Positions 24,600-37,146 of a DNA stretch of 64,000 nt are shown one piece after another. Origin of the DNA: Azolla caroliniana. Lineage: Eukaryota; Plantae; Polypodiophyta. The position numbers were made by a program, and so were the translations under genes. The stretch covers positions 4,402,001 through 4,466,000 of the forward strand of contig JBHGNT010000008.1 of NCBI GenBank assembly GCA_043228905.1, written 5' to 3'. The notes beneath the pieces are model-generated. The model did not search any database, had not been told where the DNA came from, and saw nothing but the letters and a program-made list of their open reading frames with translations. The number at the start of each line of letters is the position of its first letter. Position 1 is the first letter of the stretch.

Positions 24600-26995
24600 T
24601 TGTGCAGAGTTCATCCAACGCTTCTTCCGATTCTTTTAGTTCTTCTACTTCTTCATAACATTCGGGTTGTAATGACTCCCTCCTTTTAAATATTTTAATC
24701 CTTTTTCATGTAATTGGGATACAAATTTCTGTCCCATCTAATTCATTGAGGAAATATGTGGCCTTATCTGTTATTTTCCTAACTTCATAAGGTCCAAACC
24801 ATCTTTTTGCGAACTTCCGAATAGTATTGTATTGATTATCTAGGTTGTTATCATATACTAATACCCAATCTCCCTCTTGCACCCGTCTTGGTCGTAATCT
24901 TTTCATCTTGTCAAATCTATCCTTATTCTTGATTCTTGCCTCTTTCAATCTAGTAGCTACTTTTTCTATGTCTTCTGTCCTTGATTGAAGTTGTCGTATC
25001 CGAATCGCAAGTAAATCTTCCCTATTCATTTCTAATTCCCAAGGCAACATAGCCCATGTAGTTATCTTTTCTTCAATTGGCATTATCGGCTTCTGTCCTG
25101 TGATTAATTATGCAGGCATATTTCCAGTAATAGTGCTGTGAGTTGCCTTATCAGCCTAGAGCACATAGGGTAAGATTTTTGGCCAATCACTATCCCATCC
25201 TTTACATGCCTTTGCCAAAACTTTGACTATTGGCCCATGTCCCCTTTCTATCTTCCCATTAGCTTCCGGATTGTACGCCGTTGTCAAAGAAAGCTGAATT
25301 CCTACTTTGTCAAAAAAATCTTGAGCTTCCGTAGAATTGAGCTCTCCCCTATCTGCCACTGTCTTCCCAATACATCCATATCTACAAACAATGTCCTCCA
25401 AGATGAATTGACATACTCCTAATGTCCCTTTCGTTCGCAGTGCATGTCCTTCCACTTGATTTGTTAGATCTTCTCTTGCAAGAACCAAATATCTCTTTTG
25501 TCCTACTCCAAGTGGCATTGTTACCAAATCTATCATCCACTTGTAATGTACCCCCGGTGAGTATGTTGGGTGTAACTCATCACAAAATTTTATATTTGAA
25601 TAATATTGGCAAGTGGGAAAAGTTTCCACATACTTCTTTATTTCCTCATAGTATCGAGGCCACCAAAACCGTTCTTTAATCTTACTGAAAATGGCCCACA
25701 CTCCTCGATGACCAGCCCATTCTTTGTCATGCAGCTCTCTGATTATCTCCTTTCTTTGCCATTCAAAACCTATTACTCTTACCGGGTTTCCAGTCTTGGT
25801 TTTCGGATGTTGCCACAAATATCCTTCATGCAGGAAGAACTTATGGGCTTTCTTGCAAAATTGTGCGAACTCTTTTCCAAATCGACCTTTGTACTTGTCA
25901 GGGGTTGGTAGGTATTTCCCTATTTCCTTGAATTCTTCTTCATACTCCCCTTCTAGAAACTGCATTTCCTCCTTCTCGGGTAATGCTTGTGGTAAGGACT
26001 GTTTGTTCTTTGTCCTCATCGTCTGAGTCTGGAATCTCCTCTTCATCATACCTTGCTCTTGATAACATATCTGCTATTGCATTTCTATTCCCAGAGATAT
26101 GTCGAACTTCAGGGTTGATTGATCTAATATAGATACACCATCTTAACATGGCTTGATTTGGAATATCACAATTAGCTATGATACCAAGAATAGGCAAACA
26201 ATTTGTTTCTATTATTACTTCACCACCAATTAAGTAATCTCTATTTGTCTTAACTGTTGTTACTACCCCCCATAACTCTCTTTTGACCTGTGCATATTTT
26301 CTTTATCGACCACTAAGAACCTTCGCTCTGAATCGGACTGGATACCTTTCTTCCCCATCTTGTTGGCTTATCACCCATCCAATTCCAATGGGACTGGAGT
26401 CTACTGTGAGATATATGGGTCGGGTGTAGTCAGGTTGCTTTAATGGTGGAGCTTGTGCCAAGTAAGACTTCAATTTCCTCATTGCCTCTGAATGCTCTTC
26501 AATCCATTCAAATGTTTCTCCTTTTCTTAGGAGTCTGTATAAAGGTTCCGATAAATGGGCATAATGCGGAGTCCATCTATAGTAAAAAACACATACCCCT
26601 AGAAACCTTCGTACTTCTAAGATGGATGTACATTCCTCTCGCATATTTTGAATTGCATTGACCTTGGTTGGGGATGGCTTTCTCCCGTACGGGCCACACA
26701 TATGACCAACTATTAATATCTCTTTTGCCCCAAATATTGACTTCGCCCTTGATAAGGTCAAATGCACTTCTTCCATCCTTGATAGTACCTTCTCGCAATC
26801 CTTGATATGGTCAGCAACGAATTGACGGCAACCACTTTCGTCCAATTCCTCGTTCTTCTCTTCCTCCTTGCATCCCTTAATTGGAACATCATCCAAAAAA
26901 GGCATTGTAATATGAGGAATAAAATCACAAAGTACCTTGTTCATTCCATTCATCATATGCGCCACTGAGTTGGTCACTCCTTGTGGCAAGGTACA
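24600..26995 (-). pseudogene. pol: Gypsy B pol 3' part (RT, RH, INT)
   Basis: PQG..FLDD, TVDSS, WAGH, DLV...ADRGE..NPEANG, WFGPY. Confidence 0.9.
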
Positions 26996-29900
26996 TGATA
27001 GGGTGTATAAGATAATAGATAGTTATACACTATATGAGGGCTTGACCAAACCGATTAGATGGAGTTGAAAATCATAATATATTATATAGCTCTAGGTAAT
27101 TATGATTAGAGAGTATAACTCAAGAAACTAAGAAAAAAGATAGAGAAAGCGAGCAAGAAATAAGAATGTTCTGATATTCCAACATCAAGAGAATACAAAG
27201 GAGACAAACTCCACATTGAACTAAAACCAAAGACCTTCCTCTTCTAAGACACTTCCTCTTCCACAAAGACACTTCTTCCTAACACTCCTCATCCACTCTT
27301 TGGCCTTCACTCTTAGCCCCCTTCCTCACTAATATCACTTCTTCTTTTATAACCTTCCTCTTCTTATCCACGTTCATGTTATTTTTAGAAGCTTTTTATC
27401 TCCCTATTTTTAGCTATGACACATCGACCTTCTAATCGTCATATCTCCCTCATCCGATATCCAAATTAAGCGATTTAAAAAGCTATAGAAAGCTCTTTTT
27501 ACAAGCTTTCTAATCCATATTTAAACGTGATATTTGGATAAACAACGAGGGAGTTATGACCATTCTATTTTTACTGTTTTTTATAGTCTGCGTTTTCTCT
27601 TTTTACTTTTCTCTTGGTCTCGTACTTTTACTTTTGACTTCTTCCCTAAGGTCTTAGTTCGTGTTCTTATCCTCAAAAGGTGAATTATCTATACTTTATA
27701 TTCTCCTAATGTTCAATGGCTTAGACTCTAAAAACACTTTCACATTTAGCCCTCCCCCTTGTTAGAGGCTAAGCCATTTATGGCGAAGCACTTATTGGCA
27801 GTACTTAACAAACAAAAGCTCTCTCGCCAATCTCTTGGCTATAGACAATGAGAGAGATATAATAAAAAGAAAATAAAAAGATGTGAGTAAAACCCCCGCT
27901 AATCGGTAGGAAAAACCTCACATTCTCTACAAATAAAAAAGATAATCACTATTACCATCTTCCTCTTTGTTAATAGAGAGAAAGATGGGTCTACAATATG
28001 GACTATTAAGAAAATAACGTATGGGGAAACAAGTCCACTTCTTGCTCCCATCCATCCGTATCAACAATATCATTAGTAACTTGGGGAATATAAGTAGGTC
28101 CCCGAGTTACATACTTTTTAAGGCGCCATCCGTTCACTCGATAAGAATGAAGTGCTCCATCCACATCTTTCAATTGGTAACTTCCGTTGTCATACTTTTT
28201 GTGAACCACAAAGGGTCCTTCCCACTTATTATCAAGCTTTTGTCCTTGAATATAATCATATCTATTATCATACCTAAGAACCAATGATCCTTCTTCAATG
28301 TGGTTGCCCTTGTGTTTTTTGTCATATGCCTCCTTTCTCTTCATTGCTTGATTTAAGTAATGCTCCACAGCTTCTTCTCTTGAATATTGTAGTAGATGGT
28401 TGCTCGCTAAACGACTCATCACATCATTTCCTTTTGAGCGATGCGATGCCCCCATTAGTCTATTACTTTTGATCTCAAGTTCGATCGGAAGTAACACTTC
28501 TTTTCCATAAACCAAATAAAAAGGAGTAAAACCTGTGGAGGATTTATAAGAAACTCTATAAGCCCAAAGAGTATCATCCAAATACCTATCCCATGTTCTT
28601 ACTTTGTCTTGCACTAACTTTGTCAAATTCTTCACTATAAGCCCATTCACTTTCTCAACTGCACCATTTGCTTGAGGATAATAAGGCGTTGAATATCGAT
28701 GCTTAATCTTCAACTTGCTTAATAGACAAGCTAACATTTCACTCCTAAAACCGGGTCCATGATCGGATACAATCTCCATGGGAACTCCAAATCTAGTACA
28801 AATATTCTTATACACAAATTGGGCTACATCTTTGGCTTTAATCGAGGAAGTTGTTATAGCTTCCACCCACTTTGTCATGTAGTCAATGGCCACCAAAATA
28901 AACTCTTTACCATGTTGAGTTTTCGGAAGAGGTCCTACTGCATCAATTCCCCATTTCTCGAATGGAGCAAACACCACAATGGGTTGTAAAGGTCCACTTT
29001 GTAGATGTCTTATTCCCGCTTTTTGACATGCATCACAAGATCTACACCAATCATGCACATCCCTATGGATAGTAGGCCATGTAAAACCAATTAGTAAAAT
29101 CTTTCTTATCATTATATCATGGGCTAAATGCCCACCACAAACTTCTTCATGCAACTTAAAGAGTATCTTTATAATCTCGCTTTTGTTAGGAACTCTTCGT
29201 AAAACTCCATCTTTCCCTTTGTTGTACAAATCTTCACCCACCAAATGATATTGTGAAGCCTTCGCCACCAAACGCTTTCTTTGCAAAGCATTGAGGTTAT
29301 TTGGAAACTCTCCTTTATTAAGAAAATTATGTACTTCCTCTAGGGAGTCTACATCTTTGCACGTCTCCAAAACACCAACGAAACCTTCCTTGATCTTATC
29401 TAATTGGGCTTGAGCTAATGCATCCGCTTCTTTATTGTATAATCTCCCCACATGCTTAACCTGTATCTTTTCAAAAGACCTTAGTAGACTCATTGCTTCT
29501 TTATAAAAATTTCTAAGCCCATCACTTTGACATTTCCAATTGCCTTGAATTTGTTTAATTACCAATAAGGAATCACCCTTAAGAATTAATCTTTTTATCT
29601 TCATAGCTTTACATAGACGAAGACCATAACACAAGGTAGCATACTCCGCTTCATTATTTGAATTCACACCACTTAATGTAATACCTTCACTTTTTACTCT
29701 GTCTCCTTGAGGATCCTTGAGAATAATCCCACCCACGGCTATGTTTGTGGCTTTGCGAAATGCCCCATCAAAGAATAAGGTGAATGCATCCTCCATATCC
29801 GGCTCGGGAAGTGCCTTTCGTAGCTTTACCAAGTCTTCTTCATGAAAGGTTTCTCTAAAGGTGAGAAGATCCGCCAATTCGGCACGCATAGTTGATTCCA

Positions 29901-32900
29901 ATTTGACTTCAAAATCAAACTCCGCCAATAGTAGAGCCCATTTAGCAATTCGTGCTGAAATGCTCACATGTTGGAGTACATATGGGAGTAATGACATGCT
30001 AGTGATTATTACAAAATGATGAGGTAGTAGAAAGCTTCTAAACTTTTTACAAGCATATATAAGAGCTAACATCCACTTTTCTACTTCTAAGAATTCTTTC
30101 TCTACATCAGACATGGCTTTACTAATAAAATATATAGGATGCATAAGCCTATTTTCAGAATCTTGTTGCATAAGAATGGCTCCTATAGCATGAGATCCAA
30201 CACTAAGAGAAAGAAAGAAGGTAGATGTTCTATCAGGTGGCTTTAGAATAGGAGCATTACATAATAGTTCTTTTATTCTTACATATTGCTCTTCAGTTGT
30301 AGATGTCCACAAGAAGTTGTTGGTGCGAAGAATAATGCGAAAAGGATAGAGAATTTGGGCCAACATATGAATGAATCGTTCAAAGTAACGAACTTTTTGA
30401 ACAAATACCTCCAAATCTTTGATACTCGTGGGTGTTGTCATCTTTTGAATTGCTTCAATCTTTGAGCTATCAACTTTGATTCCTTCTTGAGACACCACAT
30501 GACCAAGCATCACCACCTCCTTTTCACCTATGTGACACTTCTCTGGGTTGAGTTGCATTTTGCATTCATCCAATCTTTTGAATGCCAAGCGAACCTTTTC
30601 CAAATGGTCTTTCCTGCTACTATAAATTGCAAAGTCATCCATAAAGACTCTAACAAACTTTCCAAAGAATGGTTGGAATACATGAATAGCAAGACGATTA
30701 AATGTAAAAACAGCATTTGTGAGTCCAAAGGGCATGCATCGATATGCAAAGCATCCCCATGGAGTGATGAATGTCGTCTTCTTTTGATCCTCTTCCGCAA
30801 TACGAATTTGAAAATAACCTGAATAGCCATCACAAACAGAGTACATTTCATGACCCGCAATTTCATCTAATATTTCATCTTGGAAAGGGAGAGGAAAGTG
30901 ATCCCTCTTGGTAGCCGCATTTAGAGGTTTGTAATCAACACAAACCCTCCATTTTCCATTCTTTTTAGGTACCACCACAATGGGCGAAACCCATTCAGAA
31001 TCTTCCACTGGGTAAATGAATTGTGCACGCAACAAAGCTTTGACTTCCTTTAATAAGGCCTCCTTTTGCACGTGACCTAGCCTTCGCAACTTTTGCGCAA
31101 CGGGAGTTGTACCCTCCTTTAGATTTATGTGATGTTGGATGACATCTACACCCCTAATATGAGCATAATCACTAATGAAAAGGTTAGGAAATTCAGAAAT
31201 CAAATTAAGAAATTGTTGCCTCTCTTGCCCTTTAAGATCTTTAGAAATCATCTTCTCTTTTTGCTCCATAGTAATTAAACCTCCTTCATCATCTTCTTCC
31301 TTCAAAACGGCATATGATGTGGTCATTTCCCATTCTGACGAGGAATCTTCACTTTCATCACTTTCATATGCGGACCCACTATCATATTCAGTTATTCCAT
31401 CTTCTTCTTTCTCAATAAGTCTTTGTTGCCGCATATCATAATGTATGCTCACTCCTTTTGATGGCGTTATGGTCATCAAACCTTTGCTCCAATCTTGGAC
31501 AACATTGAGTTCTTGCATCCATGGTCGTCCTAGTACCAAAGAATATGACGGTCCTTTTAGTGGTATTACATGAAAATCCATGGAAATGCTTACCCCAAAA
31601 CACTTGATGACAACATCCTCCACTATGCCAATGCAATGGACCACTCCACCATCGGCTACAGCCACTCTTGCCGAAGATGACCTACTTATAGGAATTCCCA
31701 CTTTGTTTACCACAAATTCAGAAATCAAGCTTACTCTAGCACCACTATCAACCAACGCATCTTTGATGTGAAACCCTTTGATGGAGACGGGGATGGTGGG
31801 TCGTATGTCCTTTCGATCTTCTACTCGCACGATTCCCACATAATGCACAGTCTTCCGACTTTGGCGAATACTTGCAAGTCGCCCCCACTCCTTTCGTAAT
31901 GTGGGAGATAATTGGAGAAGTTGCGGCCATGTTATCCTTGGTCCACTTGAAATCAACTCATGCTTCAAATTGAAAGCTTCTACACCTTCACCCATAGGAA
32001 TGTCCTCCATCTTGATCTTTCTTCTAGAGTGTCTCCTTCTCAATTTTTCCTCTTTCTCATTCTCCTTAGACTTCTTCTTTTGTCTTGAGGCACTAGATTC
32101 TCCTTCAACTTCTTTCTCCTTTTGCGAGGACCTTGTCCTTTTCACAGGAGCTACTTCAAAAGAATTATCACTATCATCAATAAAATTAAGAAGATTCACA
32201 TTATGAGGAATTGTAGGAACCTGAGCCATAGGGAGTGTTACGTTTCCTTCGACTTCATTGTTGTTAGGTCGTTGTCCATTCCTTTGCACTTGATAAATGC
32301 CTCTTCCCATGCCTCTTTGTTGTCGATGAGGACATCTTGTTGAGATGTGTCCCTCCTCTTGACAAGAATAACAAATTACACCGTGATGCCCTCTAGAGCC
32401 ACCACCATCGGGAATAGTGTTGTGAATTGCTTGGGATTGTCGCAAGTGGGTCATCACTTCATCAAAGCGCCGATTTACCAATGCCATGGTATCTTGTTCA
32501 CTCCTCACTTGTTCAACTTCTTGGGATATACTTGTTGGGTTTATTGTTGTGGTGGTATACACATTTGGAAACACTTGTCCCCCATGCACAATTGAAGATG
32601 AGGCTTGAAAGTTGGCACGAGGCATCAAATTTGCACCCAAAGCCGTCATTTGGGGATCCCCCAAGGAGCTCATCATCTTCACTTGTCGATCATAAGCTTG
32701 ACAAACTTGGATAAGAGCTTGAAACGATGTGGGATCCTTCAAGTTTGCTTCCAAACGGAAATACATATCAAGACCCATCTTGAATCGTTCCATTTTAAAC
32801 CACTCGTCTTCAGTGCCGCCACGAAGACGAATCCATGTAGTCCACAAATCCTTGAAATTTCTTTCATACTCAGTGAAACCAATTGGTGATTCCATCTTTA

Positions 32901-34002
32901 GTCGAAATAGCTCTTCCCTTACTTCGGTTGCACTTCGTCGTTGAATATATTTGGCACGAAACTGGTGCACCAACAATTGATATGCTCCCTGTTGGTTTGG
33001 AGGAAGAGAGTCATACCAATCTCGAGCTCGACCATAGAATGTAGCTACTAATAAAGGTAACTTCTCATTGTCGGTGACGCGTCCAATAGAGACAGCATGA
33101 TGCTCAAAAGATGCCAAAAAGGCACCCGCATCTTGTGTTCTTTCACCTGAAAATGCAAATTGCATAGCTAAGTTAATGTAATATAGTAACACAATTAAAT
33201 GATAAGTTCTCCCTCCTATACGGAAAGGATCCACCCTCCCTGGAGCGCCAAAATGATAGGGTGTATAAGATAATAGATAGTTATACACTATATGAGGGCT
33301 TGACCAAACCGATTAGATGGAGTTGAAAATCATAATATATTATATAGCTCTAGGTAATTATGATTAGAGAGTATAACTCAAGAAACTAAGAAAAAAGATA
33401 GAGAAAGCGAGCAAGAAATAAGAATGTTCTGATATTCCAACATCAAGAGAATACAAAGGAGACAAACTCCACATTGAACTAAAACCAAAGACCTTCCTCT
33501 TCTAAGACACTTCCTCTTCCACAAAGACACTTCTTCCTAACACTCCTCATCCACTCTTTGGCCTTCACTCTTAGCCCCCTTCCTCACTAATATCACTTCT
33601 TCTTTTATAACCTTCCTCTTCTTATCCACGTTCATGTTATTTTTAGAAGCTTTTTATCTCCCTATTTTTAGCTATGACACATCGACCTTCTAATCGTCAT
33701 ATCTCCCTCATCCGATATCCAAATTAAGCGATTTAAAAAGCTATAGAAAGCTCTTTTTACAAGCTTTCTAATCCATATTTAAACGTGATATTTGGATAAA
33801 CAACGAGGGAGTTATGACCATTCTATTTTTACTGTTTTTTATAGTCTGCGTTTTCTCTTTTTACTTTTCTCTTGGTCTCGTACTTTTACTTTTGACTTCT
33901 TCCCTAAGGTCTTAGTTCGTGTTCTTATCCTCAAAAGGTGAATTATCTATACTTTATATTCTCCTAATGTTCAATGGCTTAGACTCTAAAAACACTTTCA
34001 CA
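26996..34002 (-). mobile_element. Gypsy D, intact Tat-like element with an additional RNase H
   Basis: 749-bp LTRs 26996-27744 and 33254-34002, identical by eye; TSD GTACA; PBS TGGCGCTCCAGGGAGGG; PPT ~27748-27761. Confidence 0.97.
28006..33165 (-). CDS. gag-pol: Gypsy D Gag-Pol polyprotein (Gag-CCHC, PR, RT, degenerate RH, aRH, INT)
   Basis: Uninterrupted ORF; CYSCQEEGHISTRC, VDSGA, FMDD, FFDGA..NNEAEY..GDS..EADALA, WGIDAVGP, WEGPF; probable ATG at 33165. Confidence 0.95.
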   Translation of the reverse strand: MQFAFSGERTQDAGAFLASFEHHAVSIGRVTDNEKLPLLVATFYGRARDWYDSLPPNQQGAYQLLVHQFRAKYIQRRSATEVREELFRLKMESPIGFTEYERNFKDLWTTWIRLRGGTEDEWFKMERFKMGLDMYFRLEANLKDPTSFQALIQVCQAYDRQVKMMSSLGDPQMTALGANLMPRANFQASSSIVHGGQVFPNVYTTTTINPTSISQEVEQVRSEQDTMALVNRRFDEVMTHLRQSQAIHNTIPDGGGSRGHHGVICYSCQEEGHISTRCPHRQQRGMGRGIYQVQRNGQRPNNNEVEGNVTLPMAQVPTIPHNVNLLNFIDDSDNSFEVAPVKRTRSSQKEKEVEGESSASRQKKKSKENEKEEKLRRRHSRRKIKMEDIPMGEGVEAFNLKHELISSGPRITWPQLLQLSPTLRKEWGRLASIRQSRKTVHYVGIVRVEDRKDIRPTIPVSIKGFHIKDALVDSGARVSLISEFVVNKVGIPISRSSSARVAVADGGVVHCIGIVEDVVIKCFGVSISMDFHVIPLKGPSYSLVLGRPWMQELNVVQDWSKGLMTITPSKGVSIHYDMRQQRLIEKEEDGITEYDSGSAYESDESEDSSSEWEMTTSYAVLKEEDDEGGLITMEQKEKMISKDLKGQERQQFLNLISEFPNLFISDYAHIRGVDVIQHHINLKEGTTPVAQKLRRLGHVQKEALLKEVKALLRAQFIYPVEDSEWVSPIVVVPKKNGKWRVCVDYKPLNAATKRDHFPLPFQDEILDEIAGHEMYSVCDGYSGYFQIRIAEEDQKKTTFITPWGCFAYRCMPFGLTNAVFTFNRLAIHVFQPFFGKFVRVFMDDFAIYSSRKDHLEKVRLAFKRLDECKMQLNPEKCHIGEKEVVMLGHVVSQEGIKVDSSKIEAIQKMTTPTSIKDLEVFVQKVRYFERFIHMLAQILYPFRIILRTNNFLWTSTTEEQYVRIKELLCNAPILKPPDRTSTFFLSLSVGSHAIGAILMQQDSENRLMHPIYFISKAMSDVEKEFLEVEKWMLALIYACKKFRSFLLPHHFVIITSMSLLPYVLQHVSISARIAKWALLLAEFDFEVKLESTMRAELADLLTFRETFHEEDLVKLRKALPEPDMEDAFTLFFDGAFRKATNIAVGGIILKDPQGDRVKSEGITLSGVNSNNEAEYATLCYGLRLCKAMKIKRLILKGDSLLVIKQIQGNWKCQSDGLRNFYKEAMSLLRSFEKIQVKHVGRLYNKEADALAQAQLDKIKEGFVGVLETCKDVDSLEEVHNFLNKGEFPNNLNALQRKRLVAKASQYHLVGEDLYNKGKDGVLRRVPNKSEIIKILFKLHEEVCGGHLAHDIMIRKILLIGFTWPTIHRDVHDWCRSCDACQKAGIRHLQSGPLQPIVVFAPFEKWGIDAVGPLPKTQHGKEFILVAIDYMTKWVEAITTSSIKAKDVAQFVYKNICTRFGVPMEIVSDHGPGFRSEMLACLLSKLKIKHRYSTPYYPQANGAVEKVNGLIVKNLTKLVQDKVRTWDRYLDDTLWAYRVSYKSSTGFTPFYLVYGKEVLLPIELEIKSNRLMGASHRSKGNDVMSRLASNHLLQYSREEAVEHYLNQAMKRKEAYDKKHKGNHIEEGSLVLRYDNRYDYIQGQKLDNKWEGPFVVHKKYDNGSYQLKDVDGALHSYRVNGWRLKKYVTRGPTYIPQVTNDIVDTDGWEQEVDLFPHTLFS

Positions 34003-37000
34003 GTACATATCTGTACTAACCCTATAGGTGTCTTGATAGAAGTTATATCTTGACTTTTGATAGCAAGTTGAAATTGATCATACCCGGAATAAAGGTCTCC
34101 CATTGAATATATAGCTTTTCCTGCAAACATCTCAGCAAACTCATCCACAATTGGCTCTACTCCCGAGTTTCGAATTATTACCTTATTCACGGGTTGCATA
34201 TCTTGGATAAATGAGAGTCACCCATCTTTCTTTAACATAGTGAACCATCGACTCGAGTAAGGAGCATTCGATGGTTCCAAGATACCCATCCTTATCTTTT
34301 CTTTCAAAAGTTCTAATAGTTGAGGGATTCTAGCCCTAGGCATGGGTATTGGCTTAAAGTTCCATGGAATATGAGGGATAGTGAATATAACCATGGGCTC
34401 CACAATTTCTGGATCCACACACCCTATTTCCTCAGGTTGGAATACAGACGCCTTTCCATGCCTTTTTAACATCTCCCTAAATTGCTTTTCTTCAGCAAGT
34501 AATAGGAAGTCACCCCCTCCTATTTTCATCCCTTGTATTGTTTCCGGAGTAAACACATGTCCCACCTTTCGTGGGTCTCTGATCATTGGTTGTGTGGCTG
34601 CTTCTTTGATTGCCTTTTCACTATCCCCTGGAAGTGGAGCAGCAATAGGACGAACCTTCTTCTCCACTGTCTTGTACTTTGTCAGTGCATGTGCTTCATG
34701 ATCCTTTCGAGCAACTTCTTCAATGACCTCATACATCTTGATTGAATGGACAAGAACTTGGATTTCGTTGTCGTCTTCCATTGCTTCTAAATGAGTTATT
34801 GTATCTTCAAAACTTAATTCTTCAAACATATCCTGAATTTCTTCATCATCATCTATTAATCCAGAACACTTAAAGTACTCAAAAGCATTTTGTATTTTAT
34901 TACTATTTACTTTTAGTATAAAAGTAGCACCACTAGATGAGATTGTACAAGGAATATCTTTATTTACAGTATTATTCATGGGGTTTTCTTTTATGTTCGG
35001 GCTATCACAGCCCCTACCTATAAAAGCCGTATCTAAAAATCCTGGGAAAACTCTTCATCCATCTCTTGAATTGGATGTTCCCTCAAGCATTCTTTGTTTC
35101 TTTCATGGTTGGGCCTCACGGTTAAGAATTGGACAGTCTTTCGTCCATCTTGACTTTTGATTCTTGCGAAAGCCGAACCATCATCAATCACCTTTGTCTC
35201 CATCCTTACTACGGTGATGTAAGGCTGATCAAGGATGATGGGGTAGTTTGTTCGATCCTGCACAAAGAAATTTTTATTCACCAACACATCACCAATTGTT
35301 ACCTTCACACTGGGACATACTCCGAATAAATCTTCTGTGGTCTCTGTGGCAGTTCTTATCTTCCACCCATGATTCTTGTCAATCAGCCACCATCCTCGAG
35401 CGTAAAATTCTGATGACATCATGTTAATCTCTGATCCATGATCGATCAAAGCAATACATGGAATTAGTTGCTCCCCAATTTTTGCAAGTGCTTCCGTTGT
35501 TGCACGAGCCCAATGGTCCCTTGTAAAGTGACTCCTATCCCCTTCATGAACATCAACTTCATTCTTGTTTTTTACATTGCAACGTTGATGGTGCCACCAT
35601 ACAAATCTTGGAGTGTTGGTGCACACCCTCCCGTAATTTCCTCCGTCACTTGTCTCTTCCTTCTTATAATATCTATGATAACTTCATGAAATTCTTTCTT
35701 TGCTATACCCAACACTTCTCTTAAAGTAAATTCTACCTTAGTATTTAATATTCTTGTTTCTAGTACATTTTTTATATCTGTCGTTGTTTCTATGTCTGAG
35801 GCAAGCTTGAAAGATGGGCTTGTCTTCCCTTTTACTTCATCAGCTTCCTTCGGCTCAGTAGAACCCTTTTCCATCTCCCTTCTCTTCTGTTCTCGTGTCT
35901 CATGCCTCTTTGTCGGATCAGCTTCTTCAGATCTCTTCCGCTTCTCTTCCACTAGCACATCTTGTGCATTCACTTGGGCGAATGCTGATAGTGCATCCAC
36001 TAGATCATTCCATCCAGTGAAGTTTCGTATTTCATCTCCCGCTCTTTTTAATTCATCTACTCGAACCTTCCCTTTTCTTGCATAATCCATCACATCTTGC
36101 CAAAAGCCAGATCCACCATATGAGTCTTCTACGCGCAACCCTAAGGTTGCCACTGATTGTATCGCTTGAGTCATTTTTCTCTCGACGTCTTCCATTAGCT
36201 TTTTCATTCAACCTCGCCCGAAGTTGAGTTGAAGTGGTTGTCGAGTCTCTGTCGAGTGAATCTTGCCATCTTGATAGTAGATTTTATTATGACTAAGAGC
36301 ATCCCTATGTTCTTGACAATCTTTCTTCTGGTGGTCGACACTGTCGCACCACATACACCTTCAGACAATGCCACCTCCTTGCCGTGACGAAGTTGAGCTT
36401 TGTCCTGATTCCAACTTCGTCACTTTGATCGACAAGTCTTTCATGCCTTTCACCAATTCGTGCAAGAGTGACTCTTCTACTTTCTTTTCTCCCGGTTCGT
36501 TCCTCGTTTCTTCTTCATTTCTATCCAGAAACTCCATAAACCACAACTTTCTTTTACAGAAATGGGTCCAAGCCCTTTTCACCTCCTCCCAATTGTCGGT
36601 AAGTCCATTCGGACTAGTATGATCTTCTAGAAGCATTCCGAAATCCTTCCTGTCTTTAATATTAGTAGCTTGTAGAAACAATATTACTTTATCTGGCATT
36701 ATTATATTTCTATCCCTAATAATTAATTGCTCAAATCTTTCTAAAAACTCTTTTAACACTTCCAAAATACTTAAATGCTTATTAGAATCTACCCAATCCA
36801 TGAAAGCTCGCCTTGTCATCCTTGACATATCGTTGAGATTGTATTCATTCAACAATGCTCTTTCGAAAATTGCCCATGTATGATGTTCCCTTTCTAGCTC
36901 CTAAATCCTTTGTTGTGGCCCTATCGCAGTGACTCGACTAAAGCTATTAATTTTGGCAGCTTCGTCAACACCATGTTTAAGCATTTCTTCATTATAAATC

Positions 37001-37146
37001 TTCAAAAGTCTTGTTAAATTTATACCTTCGAAGATTCCTACTCGTGCGAGAATATTGTCGACGTCTTTGTCGATGCTTGCCATCATCCCTTGCTCCCGCA
37101 TCATTCGTTCCATCATTGTACACATAAGCCTCATTTGCTCCTCCAT
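34003..37146 (-). pseudogene. gag-pol: Gypsy B gag, protease and RT N-terminus
   Basis: Gag, LIDHGSEIN protease, PYSSRWF and DLYSGYDQ; several stops and frameshifts. Confidence 0.9.
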
